Shown here one piece after another: positions 1-9,693 of a stretch of 52,890 nucleotides of DNA. The notes under the pieces are model-generated. The model had not been told where the DNA came from. It was given only the letters and a program-made list of their open reading frames with translations, and did not search any database. A program made the translations under genes and the position numbers. This DNA is from Gemmatimonadales bacterium (GTDB lineage Bacteria; Gemmatimonadota; Gemmatimonadetes; Gemmatimonadales; GWC2-71-9): positions 1 through 52,890 of the forward strand of contig DASVGF010000082.1 of NCBI GenBank assembly GCA_036379675.1. Direction: 5' to 3'. The stretch's first letter is position 1. Every line of letters begins with the position of its first letter.

Positions 1-528
1 GTCGCCCTCGTCGGCCGGCCCCAGGATGACCGCCCCCGCGCCATCGGCAAAGATGACGGCGACGTGGCGCCCGGCGCTCGACACCTCCAGCCCGGTGGAC
101 TGGATCTCCGAGCCGACGACCAGGACTCGCCGGAACTGGCCGGTGCGGATCCACGCATCGGCCACGGAGAGGGCGTAGATGAAGCCGCTGCACTGGGCAC
201 GGATGTCGAGCGCGGGAATGGTGGATATCTGGAGGAGGCGCTGGAGGTAGACCCCGTTGCCGGGCGCGAAGTGGTCGGGGCTCGAAGTGGCGTAGACGAT
301 GGCGTCGAGGTCGCCCGGCTCGAGGCCGGCCATCTCGAGCGCCTGGAGGGTGGCCTGATGGGCCATGTCCACCCCGGTTTCCCCCTCCCTTACCCAGCGC
401 CGCTCCTGGATGCCGGTGCGGGTACGGATCCACTCGTCGGTGGTGTCCATGACCTGGGAGAGCTCCTCGTTGGTCACCACCCGCTGGGGAACCGCCAGGC
501 CGGTTCCCAGGAATCGAGATCGCTTCAT
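1..528 (-). CDS. fabH: 3-oxoacyl-ACP synthase III (KAS III), N-terminal ~176 aa; the gene runs off the left edge of the window
   Basis: Open-ended, so absent from the ORF track. Reverse-strand translation from ATG 528-526 gives MKRSRFLGTGLAVPQRVVTNEELSQVMDTTDEWIRTRTGIQERRW...DIRAQCSGFIYALSVADAWIRTG. This is the FabH N-terminus with the active-site Cys motif. The ATG overlaps the upstream stop (ATGA). Confidence 0.85.
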   Translation of the reverse strand, partial: MKRSRFLGTGLAVPQRVVTNEELSQVMDTTDEWIRTRTGIQERRWVREGETGVDMAHQATLQALEMAGLEPGDLDAIVYATSSPDHFAPGNGVYLQRLLQISTIPALDIRAQCSGFIYALSVADAWIRTGQFRRVLVVGSEIQSTGLEVSSAGRHVAVIFADGAGAVILGPADEGD

Positions 529-1736
529 CGGCGTATCTTGGTCCGGCCTAAAGATGTGCGCAAGGAGATTGCCCATATCCAGACGAGCCACGAAGCCGCC
601 AGCGCCCATCCCATGCTGCGCCATTCCTCCCATACCACGCCCACCGGCGTGAGCCACAGGGGCCACCACGCATCGGGACGGAGGCGATGCCGCTCGATGA
701 CGCGAACGGCCGTAAACCCTGCGTGCAGCCGGTTGAGCACCGTGGCGCACACATCTTCGGCCCGAGGGTCCGCCGCTCCCCGGACCAGGTTCCAGACCAT
801 GCTGGTGGCGCCCCACCCGTGGCTGTCACTCACGCCCACCACGAAGCGATTCTGAGCGCGAGCCAGCGCGATGACGGTATCTCGTTCCGCTTGCGTTATC
901 TCATTCGCCTTGGGCGACGCGTTGACGATCTCGAACCCGTCGAGACCAGCGCGCGTGAGCGCATCGAGCCGCCCCCAGTGATTGCGCCGGTATTCGGGGA
1001 GGGACGCGACCGACAGCGAGCCGTAGGCCGAGTCGCTGGTCTGGAGCAGCGCCAGCAGGGCGTCGAAGGACCCGTTGTATCGCCGGCGATCCACCGGCAG
1101 CGTGTCGCCCAGGAGCACGATGTGCGCCCTCCAGGCGCTGACCTCTATGCCCGGACACAGAACTGTGGGGTCGCTCCCGACTCCCGACTCCCGACTCACC
1201 AGATTGTGGTCCGTAATGAATGCGACATCGAACCCCGCCCGGGCATGCCACCGCCGGTTGGCCTCGGCGTCGAACCCCCGCATCAAGGTCCCTCGCACGT
1301 CGTGGGAGAGGTTGGTGTGGCTGTGGAAGTCCACCACCAGGTCGTCCCGGCCGGTGCCGGCCAGGGCGAGCATGGGACGATGCCACAGCGCGCCCGCGGC
1401 CAGGAAGGCGAGCAGGAGCGCCAGCGCACCAACCAGAGTCCCGACCTCCCTCAGAGCCGAAAACGGGCGGTGGCCCCCGAAGAGCCGCCATATCAGGTAC
1501 AATACCGCCAGGCCGGCAAGGAACCCTTTCAGCCGGCTGATGCTCAGCATCGAGATCGCGTCCCACAGCGTGAACACCGGGGCAAAGACCAGATAGAGCC
1601 AGGGGGCCTCGAGCTGCAGCCCCGCCGGTGATACGCCGGCCACAGGGTCGGAGAGTGCCGGAACCGATGCCACCCGGGCAATCACTACAAAGGCAGTCAG
1701 CGCGGCCGGAACGCGAATGCGCGAGATCCGGTTCAT
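525..1736 (-). CDS. Membrane-anchored PHP-domain metal-dependent phosphoesterase
   Basis: ORF 525..1748, trimmed to ATG 1736 (GTG 1748 is an alternative). Hydrophobic N-terminal helices are followed by PHP motifs DFHSHTNLSHD, FITDHN and GVSDSHGW. Confidence 0.7.
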   Translation of the reverse strand: MNRISRIRVPAALTAFVVIARVASVPALSDPVAGVSPAGLQLEAPWLYLVFAPVFTLWDAISMLSISRLKGFLAGLAVLYLIWRLFGGHRPFSALREVGTLVGALALLLAFLAAGALWHRPMLALAGTGRDDLVVDFHSHTNLSHDVRGTLMRGFDAEANRRWHARAGFDVAFITDHNLVSRESGVGSDPTVLCPGIEVSAWRAHIVLLGDTLPVDRRRYNGSFDALLALLQTSDSAYGSLSVASLPEYRRNHWGRLDALTRAGLDGFEIVNASPKANEITQAERDTVIALARAQNRFVVGVSDSHGWGATSMVWNLVRGAADPRAEDVCATVLNRLHAGFTAVRVIERHRLRPDAWWPLWLTPVGVVWEEWRSMGWALAASWLVWIWAISLRTSLGRTKIRR

Positions 1737-1765
1737 CGAGCGAAGCACCTGAGAGGCGGAAGACG

Positions 1766-2011
1766 ATGACCCCGCAAGGCGATAGTCTGGATGAGGAGTT
1801 TCCTCTGGGTGACGGGACGGCCGAAACCGAGGCCGCGGTACGCTGTCCCTACTGCGGCGAAATCAACGAGATAGCCCTGGACCCCGGAAGTGGCGCCAGC
1901 CAGGAGTATGTGGAGGACTGTCAGGTGTGCTGCCGGGCCTGGACGGTACGGGTGCACTACCAGGCCGACGGGGCGGCGGACGTGGTCCTGGAGCCGGAGG
2001 ACCTGGCCTAG
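1766..2011 (+). CDS. CPXCG-motif cysteine-rich small protein
   Basis: ORF 1628..2011, trimmed to ATG 1766, which is preceded by the purine-rich GAGAGGCGGAAG. It has the CPYCGE ... CQVCC four-Cys arrangement. Confidence 0.65.
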   Translation: MTPQGDSLDEEFPLGDGTAETEAAVRCPYCGEINEIALDPGSGASQEYVEDCQVCCRAWTVRVHYQADGAADVVLEPEDLA

Positions 2012-2023
2012 GCGCCAGGCCGC

Positions 2024-3238
2024 CTACTCGTACCGCAGCGCCACGATCGGGTCGAGCCTGGCGGCCCGGCGTGCCGGCCAGATTCCGAAGAACAGGCCGA
2101 CGGCCGCGCTGAAGGCAAACGCGATGCCCACCGCCGTGGGCGAAATCAGCGTGTTCCACTGGAACACCTTCGAGAGCAGTATCGCGGTGCCGATCCCGAG
2201 GAGGATGCCGATCACTCCGCCCAGCAGGCAGAGGGTCAGCGCCTCGATCAGAAACTGCAGGAGGATGTTGAGCCGGGTGGCGCCGAGGGCCTTCCGCACC
2301 CCGATCTCGCGGGTGCGCTCGGTCACCGAGACCAGCATGATGTTCATGATCCCGATGCCTCCCACCAGCAGGCTCACCGCGGCGATGCTGGCCAGCAGGC
2401 TGGTGAAGACCTGGGTGGCCTGCTGCTGGGTGGCCAGCACGTCCTGCTGGTTCCGGATGGCGAAGTCGTTGTCGGCCCCCGGGCGCAGCTTGTGCTCCCG
2501 CCGCAGCACCCGCTCCAGGTCCACCATGCCCTGCTCGATCGGCACGCTGTCGGCCACCTGGATCGAGAACGAGCGCAGCCGGTTGCTTCCGAATACCCGG
2601 TAGCGCGCCGTGTTGAGGGGGATCAGGATCTGCTCGTCCGGGTTCCCGAACCCCCCGGCCGAGCCCTTTTCGCTGAGCACCCCGATGATTTCGAAGGGGA
2701 TGCCGCGGATCGTCAGGCTCTGGTTGATCATGGCCGCCGGGTTGCCCCCGAGCATGCGGGGCACGGAGGCGCCCAGCACGGCGTAGCGCTGCCGGGCCTC
2801 GTCCTCCCCTGCGGTAAACATCCGCCCATACGGCACCGTGTAATTCCGCACATCGACGTAGTTGGAGGTGGTGCCCACGACGTTCACACTGCTGTTCTGG
2901 TTGCCGTACTTGACCTGGAGCGGCTGCTGCATCTCGGGAACGACCGCCGCGAGCAGGCGGGCGTCACGCCGGAGCGCGTCGTAGTCGTCGGTGCTCAGAA
3001 TGGTGCGGTCCGTGATCATGATTCCGCCGTGCCTTGCCTGGCCGGCGAACACGGTGAACACGTTGGCGCCCAGCGCGGCAATCCGGTCCTGCACCGCCTT
3101 CTGCGCTCCGCTGCCGAGCGCCACCATGGTAATCACCGCGCCGACCCCAATGATGATGCCCAGCATGGTGAGCGCCGACCGGAGCATGTTGGCCCGGATG
3201 GATTGCAGCGCCACGGCCAGCGTTTCGCCCAGCAGCAC
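2024..3238 (-). CDS. ABC transporter permease, MacB/FtsX type
   Basis: 404 aa. N-terminal LRSALTMLGIIIGVGAVI helix, a large periplasmic domain, and a C-terminal FtsX region with REIGVRKALGA. The GTG start lies 1 nt after the adaptor stop. Confidence 0.9.
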   Translation of the reverse strand: MLLGETLAVALQSIRANMLRSALTMLGIIIGVGAVITMVALGSGAQKAVQDRIAALGANVFTVFAGQARHGGIMITDRTILSTDDYDALRRDARLLAAVVPEMQQPLQVKYGNQNSSVNVVGTTSNYVDVRNYTVPYGRMFTAGEDEARQRYAVLGASVPRMLGGNPAAMINQSLTIRGIPFEIIGVLSEKGSAGGFGNPDEQILIPLNTARYRVFGSNRLRSFSIQVADSVPIEQGMVDLERVLRREHKLRPGADNDFAIRNQQDVLATQQQATQVFTSLLASIAAVSLLVGGIGIMNIMLVSVTERTREIGVRKALGATRLNILLQFLIEALTLCLLGGVIGILLGIGTAILLSKVFQWNTLISPTAVGIAFAFSAAVGLFFGIWPARRAARLDPIVALRYE

Positions 3239-3239
3239 G

Positions 3240-4565
3240 CTAGGGCCTCGTACCCGGCGCGGGCTGAGTGGTTTGCTGGCGCATGCCCGGTACCGCCCCG
3301 CCGCCGGTGATCCGATTCATCCGATCGCGCATGTCCTGCTGCGATTGCACCAGGCTGGCACTGGGCAATACCAGCACCGAGTCCGACGCGGTCAGACCGT
3401 CCAGCACCTCGCTGTAGTCCATGTCGGTGAGGCCGGTGCGGATCCACACCGGGGTGGGTTGACCACTGCGTTTGACGAAGACGATGTAGCGGGAACCCAC
3501 CCGCTGAGGGGCTCCGCGCTGCGATCTGGCGCCGTCCCGAGGCCGGTCGCCGCTGCTCACCGCCGGTGAGGCCCCCAGGGAGGTTTGGGTGGCCGAATCC
3601 CGGGCCGGCCTGGCCGCGGTCAGCTGCTGCTGCACCGTTTCCGGCGACAGGCCCAGCACCGACGCCGCGGAACTGACGTCCCGCAGGGTGCGGAGGGCTG
3701 CGTTCGGTACCGCGAGCACATTGTCCCGCCGGCCCACGTGAATCTCCACCTCCGAGTTCATGCCCGGACGGAGCAGCCCCTCCTTGTTGTCGATCCGTAC
3801 CAGGACCGGGAACATGGTGACGTTCTGCTCCGTCTGCGCCTGCGGCTCGATCTTGAGCACGGTCCCGTCGAAAGGGCGATTCGGGAATGCGTCGACGGTG
3901 ACGGTGGCGCGCTGACCCGGCTGGACCTTCCCGATGTCGGTCTCGTCCACCAGCGTGCGAACCTGCACCAGGTTGAGGTCGGCCATCTTGAGCAGCACGG
4001 TGCCCCCGCCCACATCGTTGGTCGGTGACGAGATCACCTGACCCCGCTCTACCTGCTTTTCGATGATGGTGCCGTTGATCGGAGCCCGCACGTTGGTGTC
4101 GTCCAGCTGGTCCTTCGCGTTGTCGAGCGCCACCCGGGCCCGGATGACCTCCGCGTTGGCGTTGGCATAGTCGAGCAGCGCTTGCTCGTGCTCCTGCTCG
4201 GTGATGGATTGCGACTTGAAGAGCTCGTCGGCCCGGCGCTTCTGGGAGTTGGCATTGGCCAGGCGCGCCTGGGCCACCTCGAGGTCGGCCTGGGCCTGGG
4301 CCACCGCGTTCCGGGGAATCCGCGGATCCACCCGCACCATCAGTTCGCCCCGCTTGACCACCTGGCCGGTCTCGACGGCGAGGTCGAGGATTTCGCCGGA
4401 AGCCTTCGACTTCACTTCCACCGTGGTGTCGGGCTGGAGGGCACCCGAGGCCTGGGCCGACACCACGATGTCGCGGCGTTCGACCGGCAGCGCCTGGTAG
4501 GGAACCGGCGGCGCTTCCTTCTTGCACGCCGCGACCAGGATTGCCGGTACGATGAGGCACCTCAT
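3240..4565 (-). CDS. Efflux periplasmic adaptor subunit (HlyD/MacA family), lipoprotein
   Basis: ORF 3240..4661. A lipobox start MRCLIVPAILVAAC lies at 4565. Coiled-coil AQAQADLEVAQARLANANSQ plus barrel domains. The longer start at 4661 (TAATG overlap with the ATPase stop) cannot be excluded. Confidence 0.85.
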   Translation of the reverse strand: MRCLIVPAILVAACKKEAPPVPYQALPVERRDIVVSAQASGALQPDTTVEVKSKASGEILDLAVETGQVVKRGELMVRVDPRIPRNAVAQAQADLEVAQARLANANSQKRRADELFKSQSITEQEHEQALLDYANANAEVIRARVALDNAKDQLDDTNVRAPINGTIIEKQVERGQVISSPTNDVGGGTVLLKMADLNLVQVRTLVDETDIGKVQPGQRATVTVDAFPNRPFDGTVLKIEPQAQTEQNVTMFPVLVRIDNKEGLLRPGMNSEVEIHVGRRDNVLAVPNAALRTLRDVSSAASVLGLSPETVQQQLTAARPARDSATQTSLGASPAVSSGDRPRDGARSQRGAPQRVGSRYIVFVKRSGQPTPVWIRTGLTDMDYSEVLDGLTASDSVLVLPSASLVQSQQDMRDRMNRITGGGAVPGMRQQTTQPAPGTRP

Positions 4566-4660
4566 CCCGAGCAGAGCGAGGGACCTACTCCGAGAGTTCC
4601 GGAAAGCGGCTGGCAAGTTCCCTCGGTCGCTACACTCCCTCGGGATGAGGTGCTCACCCA

Positions 4661-5416
4661 TTACGCCCGCCTCCCGGTCTCGAAATCCCGCTCGACTCTC
4701 CCGTCCTTCAGATGCACCTGCCGCCGGGCGTGCTCCGCGATGTCGTGCTCGTGAGTGACCAGGACGATGGTCTGGCCATTGTCATGCAGCCCCTCGAACA
4801 GGGCCATGATCTCCTCGCCGGTGGCGCTGTCCAGGTTGCCGGTGGGCTCATCGGCCAGCAGAATGCTCGGCTTGTTCACCAGCGCGCGGGCAATCGCCAC
4901 CCGTTGGCGCTGGCCGCCGGACAGCTCGTTGGGCCGGTGGTTCATGCGGTCGGCCAGCCCCACCCGCTTCAGCGCCTCGCTCGCCAGATCGCGCCGCTCC
5001 CGGGACCCGATCCCGGCGTACACCAGGGGAAGCTCCACGTTGTGGAGGCTGGTGGCGCGCGGCAGCAGGTTGAAGGTCTGGAACACGAACCCGATTTCCT
5101 TGTTGCGGATCCGGGCCAGCTCGTCGTCTTCCAGCTCGGAGACCCGGTAGCCGTTGAGCCAGTATTCGCCGCCGGTCGGGCTGTCGAGGCAGCCGACCAG
5201 GTTCATGAGCGTGGATTTGCCCGAGCCGGAGGGCCCCATCACCGCCACGAACTCGTTCTTCCGGATGGTGAGGTCCACCCCCCGAAGCGCCCGGACGATC
5301 TCGCCGCCCATATCGTACTCGCGCTGAAGATTGCGGGTGACGATCACCGCGTCCCGGGGGACGTCGGCCGGCAGCATGGCCATGCGCTCTTCGGTGTTCG
5401 GCAGGGTGCTGGTCAC
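4661..5416 (-). CDS. ABC transporter ATP-binding protein (MacB/LolD-like)
   Basis: Walker [10 protein letters not shown], signature [15 protein letters not shown], Walker B ILLADEPT. The GTG start overlaps the TolC stop (GTGA). Confidence 0.9.
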   Translation of the reverse strand: MTSTLPNTEERMAMLPADVPRDAVIVTRNLQREYDMGGEIVRALRGVDLTIRKNEFVAVMGPSGSGKSTLMNLVGCLDSPTGGEYWLNGYRVSELEDDELARIRNKEIGFVFQTFNLLPRATSLHNVELPLVYAGIGSRERRDLASEALKRVGLADRMNHRPNELSGGQRQRVAIARALVNKPSILLADEPTGNLDSATGEEIMALFEGLHDNGQTIVLVTHEHDIAEHARRQVHLKDGRVERDFETGRRA

Positions 5417-6717
5417 AGATTCCGTCCGATCAGCGCTTCGATCTGCGCCTTGGCGCGGAGGTAATCGAAACGGGCATTCACCACGTCCACCTCCGCCTGG
5501 TTGAGGGCTTCCTGGGAAGTCAGCAAGTCCACGATGGTCGAGACGCCGAGACGGTACCGCTGCTGCTGCACCCGCATGTCCTCACCGGCGGCCGCGACGC
5601 TGGTCTGGGTAATCTCGATCCTGGTCCGGGCGGCGTCCAATTCGGCCAGGCGCGTAGTGAGGTCCGCCTCGATCTGGCGGCGGGAGTCAGCCGCCGTGGC
5701 CTCGGCCAGGTCCACCTCAGCTTCGCGCTGCGTCACGGTAAGCTCGCGGCTGAACCCGTCGAAGACGTTCCACCGAAGCGCCAGGCTGATCTGGCGCTGG
5801 TTGAGCAAATCGTAGTCGTTGATCCGGCTGCCGTTCCAGCCGGTGTTCGCGTTCAGCGTCAGTGACGGCCAGTACGACGAGCGCGACGCGCGGGCCGATG
5901 CCCGGGCCGCGGCTGCGTTGGCCAGCGCGCTCTGGATCCGGGGCGATTTCGACTCGGCCTCTATCCGCAGCGCCTGGGTATCGATGGCAGGCAGCACGCG
6001 GTAGAAAGCGGAGTCGTCCGCGGCTCGCACCCGGCCCGCCTCGCCAATGAGCCGCGCCAGGTTTGCCTCCGCTGAAGCGAGCAGGGCCTGGGTGGTGATC
6101 TGCTCCAGGCGCGCGTTGCCCAGAGTTACCAGCGAACGAAGCGAATCTGAGCGGGTAGCGGAGCCCGCCCGCAGCTTGGCAACCGACACCTTGAGCTGCT
6201 CCTCCGCGCGGCGCACGCTGGTCTCCCGGACCTTGAGCAGCTGGGCGGCAGCCAGGGCGTCGAGAAACTGATTGGTGGTGGCTAACGCCTGCCCGAACCT
6301 CGCGTCTACCCACGAAGCCTCAGCCGCGCTCTGACTGGCTTTGGCCGCCCGCATCTCAGCTCCCCGGCGGAAGCCGGTAAACAGATCGAGGCTGGCCGAC
6401 AGTGACGTGCTGATGCTGCGATTGCTGGAGTTCCCGCCCGCCAGCTCGCCCGTCACGGGGTCGATCCTGGTTGCGCCCTCGGAGAAGAAATCGCTGGCGG
6501 AGCTGCCGGCTGAAAGTGTGGGCAGGTAGGCCCCGAGGGCGCTCCTCCGCCGGGCGTCGGCCGTGCGCACGTCCGACGCGGCGCGCACCACCGCGGGCTG
6601 GACCCTTTCGGCCCGGCGGATGGCCTCAGCCAGCGTGATCTCCCGTGCCTGGCCCGACGCAGCTCGCGCGTTGGCCAGAGCCAGGACAACCATCAGCAGG
6701 CAACCGCGCTGGATCAT
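5413..6717 (-). CDS. TolC-family outer membrane efflux protein
   Basis: ORF 5413..7008, trimmed to ATG 6717, which gives the signal peptide [23 protein letters not shown]. Long repetitive alpha-helical/OEP-like sequence. First gene of the efflux operon. Confidence 0.85.
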   Translation of the reverse strand: MIQRGCLLMVVLALANARAASGQAREITLAEAIRRAERVQPAVVRAASDVRTADARRRSALGAYLPTLSAGSSASDFFSEGATRIDPVTGELAGGNSSNRSISTSLSASLDLFTGFRRGAEMRAAKASQSAAEASWVDARFGQALATTNQFLDALAAAQLLKVRETSVRRAEEQLKVSVAKLRAGSATRSDSLRSLVTLGNARLEQITTQALLASAEANLARLIGEAGRVRAADDSAFYRVLPAIDTQALRIEAESKSPRIQSALANAAAARASARASRSSYWPSLTLNANTGWNGSRINDYDLLNQRQISLALRWNVFDGFSRELTVTQREAEVDLAEATAADSRRQIEADLTTRLAELDAARTRIEITQTSVAAAGEDMRVQQQRYRLGVSTIVDLLTSQEALNQAEVDVVNARFDYLRAKAQIEALIGRNL

Positions 6718-6844
6718 GGGCACCACGCGTGAGATCGGCGGTTCGAGGCGATAGTTGAATGAACGGGGCGTTTGCCGGAAAGTTTCACGCAGAAACGCGA
6801 GCCCATGGGACAAGGATTCGCCAGGCGAGGGCCTGGTCGCAGGG

Positions 6845-8242
6845 TCAGCGGTCCACCCGGCGGCGAAACGCCTCCCGGCCAGCGCCGAGCGCAAACCAGG
6901 CGCAGAGGCCGGCAAGGACATACGCCGACTCCCGGGGCAGCGCCACGAAGAGCAGCCCCAGGGCAATGAAGATGGCGCTGATCGGTCCGAACACCGACCG
7001 GCGAGCATGGCCGACGATTGCCCGGAGGGCCAGCACGGTCCGGCGGCGCCGCTCGAGCGGGCTCCGGCGATGGGCCGTTCCCTCTACTTCGGGATCCTGG
7101 TGAGTCAGGACCGCCGGCAGCGCCTGGCTGATTCGCCTCGGCCCCCGAACCGGCCGGCTGGCCACCTCTCGGCTTCGCGCCACATCGCGGCGGAACTGAC
7201 CCTGCATGGCGTCGGCCAGCGCCCGGTCGTCGATCAGAACGTCCAGCTCGTAATTGCCCAGGAGACTCGAGGGATTCAGGTTGCTCGAGCCGATCCGCAC
7301 CCAGCGTTCGTCGCTCACGATGGTTTTGGCATGCAGCATGGGCCCTTCCCACTCGTAGATGCGGACTCCGCTCCGGAGGAGATCCCGGTAGCCGATCCTC
7401 GAGATGTTCCGGATCAAGGGGAGGTCGCTGGAGCCCGGAACGAGGAGGCGGACATCAACGCCGTCCCGCGCGGAATCACGGAGCGCCTGAAACAGACGTG
7501 GCGGCGCCATGAGATAGGCGTCGGTGATCCAGAGTCGCTCGACGCTGCCCGCGGCCAGCAGCTCGATGACCCGATAGGCGCGCTCTCTGCCGGGCTCGCC
7601 GCTGATGACCCGGATGTCGGCGCTCCCCTGCGGCGCCACCACGCCGGCTACCTGATCGGAGGGCACCCGGCCGCCGGCGACCTGCCACGCCGCCCCGAAG
7701 GTCTGGTCCAGCACCGCCGCCGCGGGCCCGGCGACGTCGACCGCCGTGTCGCGCCACGGCTGGCCGCCCGCGGTGCCCTCCCCGGTCCATTCGCAGCCGA
7801 TGCACAGCCCGCCGAGAACGGCGCGGGCTCCGTCGGCCACCACGAGCTTCCGGTGATTGCGGGACAGATTGGTGACGGCATCCATCAGCTGGGGCGGATG
7901 AAAGGCCCGCACTTCGACGCCGGCGTCGCGCAGGTGGCGCCAGAACTTGCGGCTGGTACCGAGCGAGCCGAACCAGTCATACAGCACTCGCACGTGGACT
8001 CCCTCCCGCGCCCGCTGGGCCAGCAGCTCTGCAAACCGCCAGCCGGCGTCATCGCTCCGGATGATGTAATTCTCGAAGTGGACCCAGCGGGTGGCCTGCG
8101 TGATCAGGTCGAGCATGGCCCGGTAGGTATTGGGCCCGTCGATGAGGAGGTGCACCTCGTTGCCCGGCACCGGACGGCCGCCCGCGGCCCGGTTGATGGC
8201 GGCTGCGACGGTCGGATCGGGCTCGGAGCGGACTGCCGTCAC
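6845..8242 (-). CDS. Phospholipase D / cardiolipin synthase family protein (ClsB-like) with C-terminal TM segments
   Basis: Two HKD motifs (NHRKLVVADG and LHAKTIVSDERWVRIGSSNLN). The GTG start overlaps the HD-gene stop (GTGA). Confidence 0.85.
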   Translation of the reverse strand: MTAVRSEPDPTVAAAINRAAGGRPVPGNEVHLLIDGPNTYRAMLDLITQATRWVHFENYIIRSDDAGWRFAELLAQRAREGVHVRVLYDWFGSLGTSRKFWRHLRDAGVEVRAFHPPQLMDAVTNLSRNHRKLVVADGARAVLGGLCIGCEWTGEGTAGGQPWRDTAVDVAGPAAAVLDQTFGAAWQVAGGRVPSDQVAGVVAPQGSADIRVISGEPGRERAYRVIELLAAGSVERLWITDAYLMAPPRLFQALRDSARDGVDVRLLVPGSSDLPLIRNISRIGYRDLLRSGVRIYEWEGPMLHAKTIVSDERWVRIGSSNLNPSSLLGNYELDVLIDDRALADAMQGQFRRDVARSREVASRPVRGPRRISQALPAVLTHQDPEVEGTAHRRSPLERRRRTVLALRAIVGHARRSVFGPISAIFIALGLLFVALPRESAYVLAGLCAWFALGAGREAFRRRVDR

Positions 8243-8820
8243 GGGGAGCCGAGCCCGAGCGCGCGCTCATGTGGCCGCAGCGCCCCGAGCACGAAGCCGA
8301 TGTGGTCGTCGAGCGAGACTCCCAACTCCTCGGCACCACGGGTCACGTCCTCACGGCTGACCCCGCGGGCAAACGCCTTGTCCTTGAGCTTCTTCTTGAC
8401 GCTGGAGACCTCGAGATCCTGCAGGCTGCGGGAGGGCCGTACCAGCGCGCAGGCCACCAGGAAGCCGGCCAGCTCATCCACGGCAAAGAGGGCCCGGGCC
8501 ATAGGGGTGTCGCGGGGGACGCCGCTGTAGTTGGCGTGCCCCAGAATCGCGCGCTGCATGGGCTCCGGGAGGCCCTGCGACGCCAGCACCCGCACGCCCT
8601 CGGCCGGATGCCCTTCGGTGGCCGAGTGTTCTGGGTTGGGGAAGCGCTCGTAATCGAAATCGTGCAGCAGCCCTACCAGGCCCCACGTCTCGGGGTCTTC
8701 GCCGGCCCGCTGCGCCATCGCGCGCATCGCAATCTCGACGGCGTACATGTGCTTCCGCAGCGCATCGGACACGGTGTACTCGTGCATGAGTGCCAGGGCG
8801 CGGTCGCGGCTCCAACTCAT
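8239..8820 (-). CDS. HD-domain (HDIG-like) phosphohydrolase
   Basis: ORF 8239..9096, trimmed to ATG 8820 behind GAGAGGGAAG. MSWSRDRALALMHEYT... with the HD motif GLLHDFDY. Confidence 0.8.
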   Translation of the reverse strand: MSWSRDRALALMHEYTVSDALRKHMYAVEIAMRAMAQRAGEDPETWGLVGLLHDFDYERFPNPEHSATEGHPAEGVRVLASQGLPEPMQRAILGHANYSGVPRDTPMARALFAVDELAGFLVACALVRPSRSLQDLEVSSVKKKLKDKAFARGVSREDVTRGAEELGVSLDDHIGFVLGALRPHERALGLGSP

Positions 8821-8830
8821 GGCTTCCCTC

Positions 8831-9175
8831 TCACTTCTCACCTTGCAGTTGAGGGTACCCGGCCGAGAGCGTGACGCGATTGGCCACCTCGCCATCGAGG
8901 CTGATCTCGAAGGCGTACTGGCCCGGGCGGGGGAGGGGCACGTCGAACACCAGTACGGCTCCGGCCTCGACGTCCACCACCCCGGCCGGAGGCTCGCCAA
9001 ACTGGACCGTGCCTTCTCCGCCCAGGAGCTCGGTTCCGGCTTCATCCACGAAACGAATGCGAATGGTATGGATCCCGATCTCGGTCCGGCGCCCACGCAC
9101 CCGTAGCACGAGGTGGGTGCGAGGGTAGACCGCGGGAAAGTTGGAGAGCCAGACGTGCTGAAACATGCCGAGCAC
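8831..9175 (-). CDS. Small conserved hypothetical protein (resembles the DUF6941-type fold family); the true N-terminus is probably upstream of the listed GTG
   Basis: ORF 8831..9175 starts at GTG. The 22 in-frame codons upstream (to 9241) read PLHLDFAVVADYALIDQQGKLS and look like genuine protein. See the finding on this region. Confidence 0.55.
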   Translation of the reverse strand: MLGMFQHVWLSNFPAVYPRTHLVLRVRGRRTEIGIHTIRIRFVDEAGTELLGGEGTVQFGEPPAGVVDVEAGAVLVFDVPLPRPGQYAFEISLDGEVANRVTLSAGYPQLQGEK

Positions 9176-9241
9176 GCTGAGCTTTCCCTGCTGGTCGATC
9201 AGGGCATAGTCGGCGACGACCGCGAAATCGAGGTGCAGGGG

Positions 9242-9691
9242 TCAGGTGACTCGGATGGATGTAATGACGTCGTTCTGCTTGATCTTGTTAACAACGTCCA
9301 TGCCTTCGGTGACCTGTCCGAAGACCGTGTGTACCTGGTCGAGATGCGGCTGCGGCGAGTGGGTAATGAAGAACTGGCTGCCACCGGTATCCTTGCCGGC
9401 ATGCGCCATCGAGAGCGTTCCCGTGGTGTGCTTATGAGTGTTCAGGTGGGTCTCGCATTTGATTTTGTAGCCGGGGCCGCCGGTGCCCACCCGGGGGTTT
9501 CCCGGCTCCTTGGAAAGCGGGTCGCCCCCCTGGATCATGAAGTTCGGGATGACGCGATGAAAGCGGGTGCCGTCATAGAACTCGCTGTTCGCCAGCTTCT
9601 CGAAGTTCCCGACTGTTCCCGGCACTTCGGTGTCGAAGAGGTCGGCCTTGATGGTGCCCTTGCTGGTCTCGATGGTTGCGCGCTTGGCCAC
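9242..9691 (-). CDS. Peptidyl-prolyl cis-trans isomerase, cyclophilin type
   Basis: [15 protein letters not shown] and [15 protein letters not shown] motifs. The likely GTG start at 9691 is 2 nt after the upstream stop. The ORF-track start 9736 would overlap the upstream gene by 43 nt. Confidence 0.9.
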   Translation of the reverse strand: MAKRATIETSKGTIKADLFDTEVPGTVGNFEKLANSEFYDGTRFHRVIPNFMIQGGDPLSKEPGNPRVGTGGPGYKIKCETHLNTHKHTTGTLSMAHAGKDTGGSQFFITHSPQPHLDQVHTVFGQVTEGMDVVNKIKQNDVITSIRVT

Positions 9692-9693
9692 GG

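Noticed and set aside
6718-6844. Weak hairpin (GTTTC-tgcgt-GAAAC followed by TTT) after the cls gene, and a GCGTTT...AAACGC inverted repeat upstream of the TolC operon
   Set aside because: The stems are short and AT-rich, and the role is ambiguous (terminator versus operator). There is not enough support to annotate.
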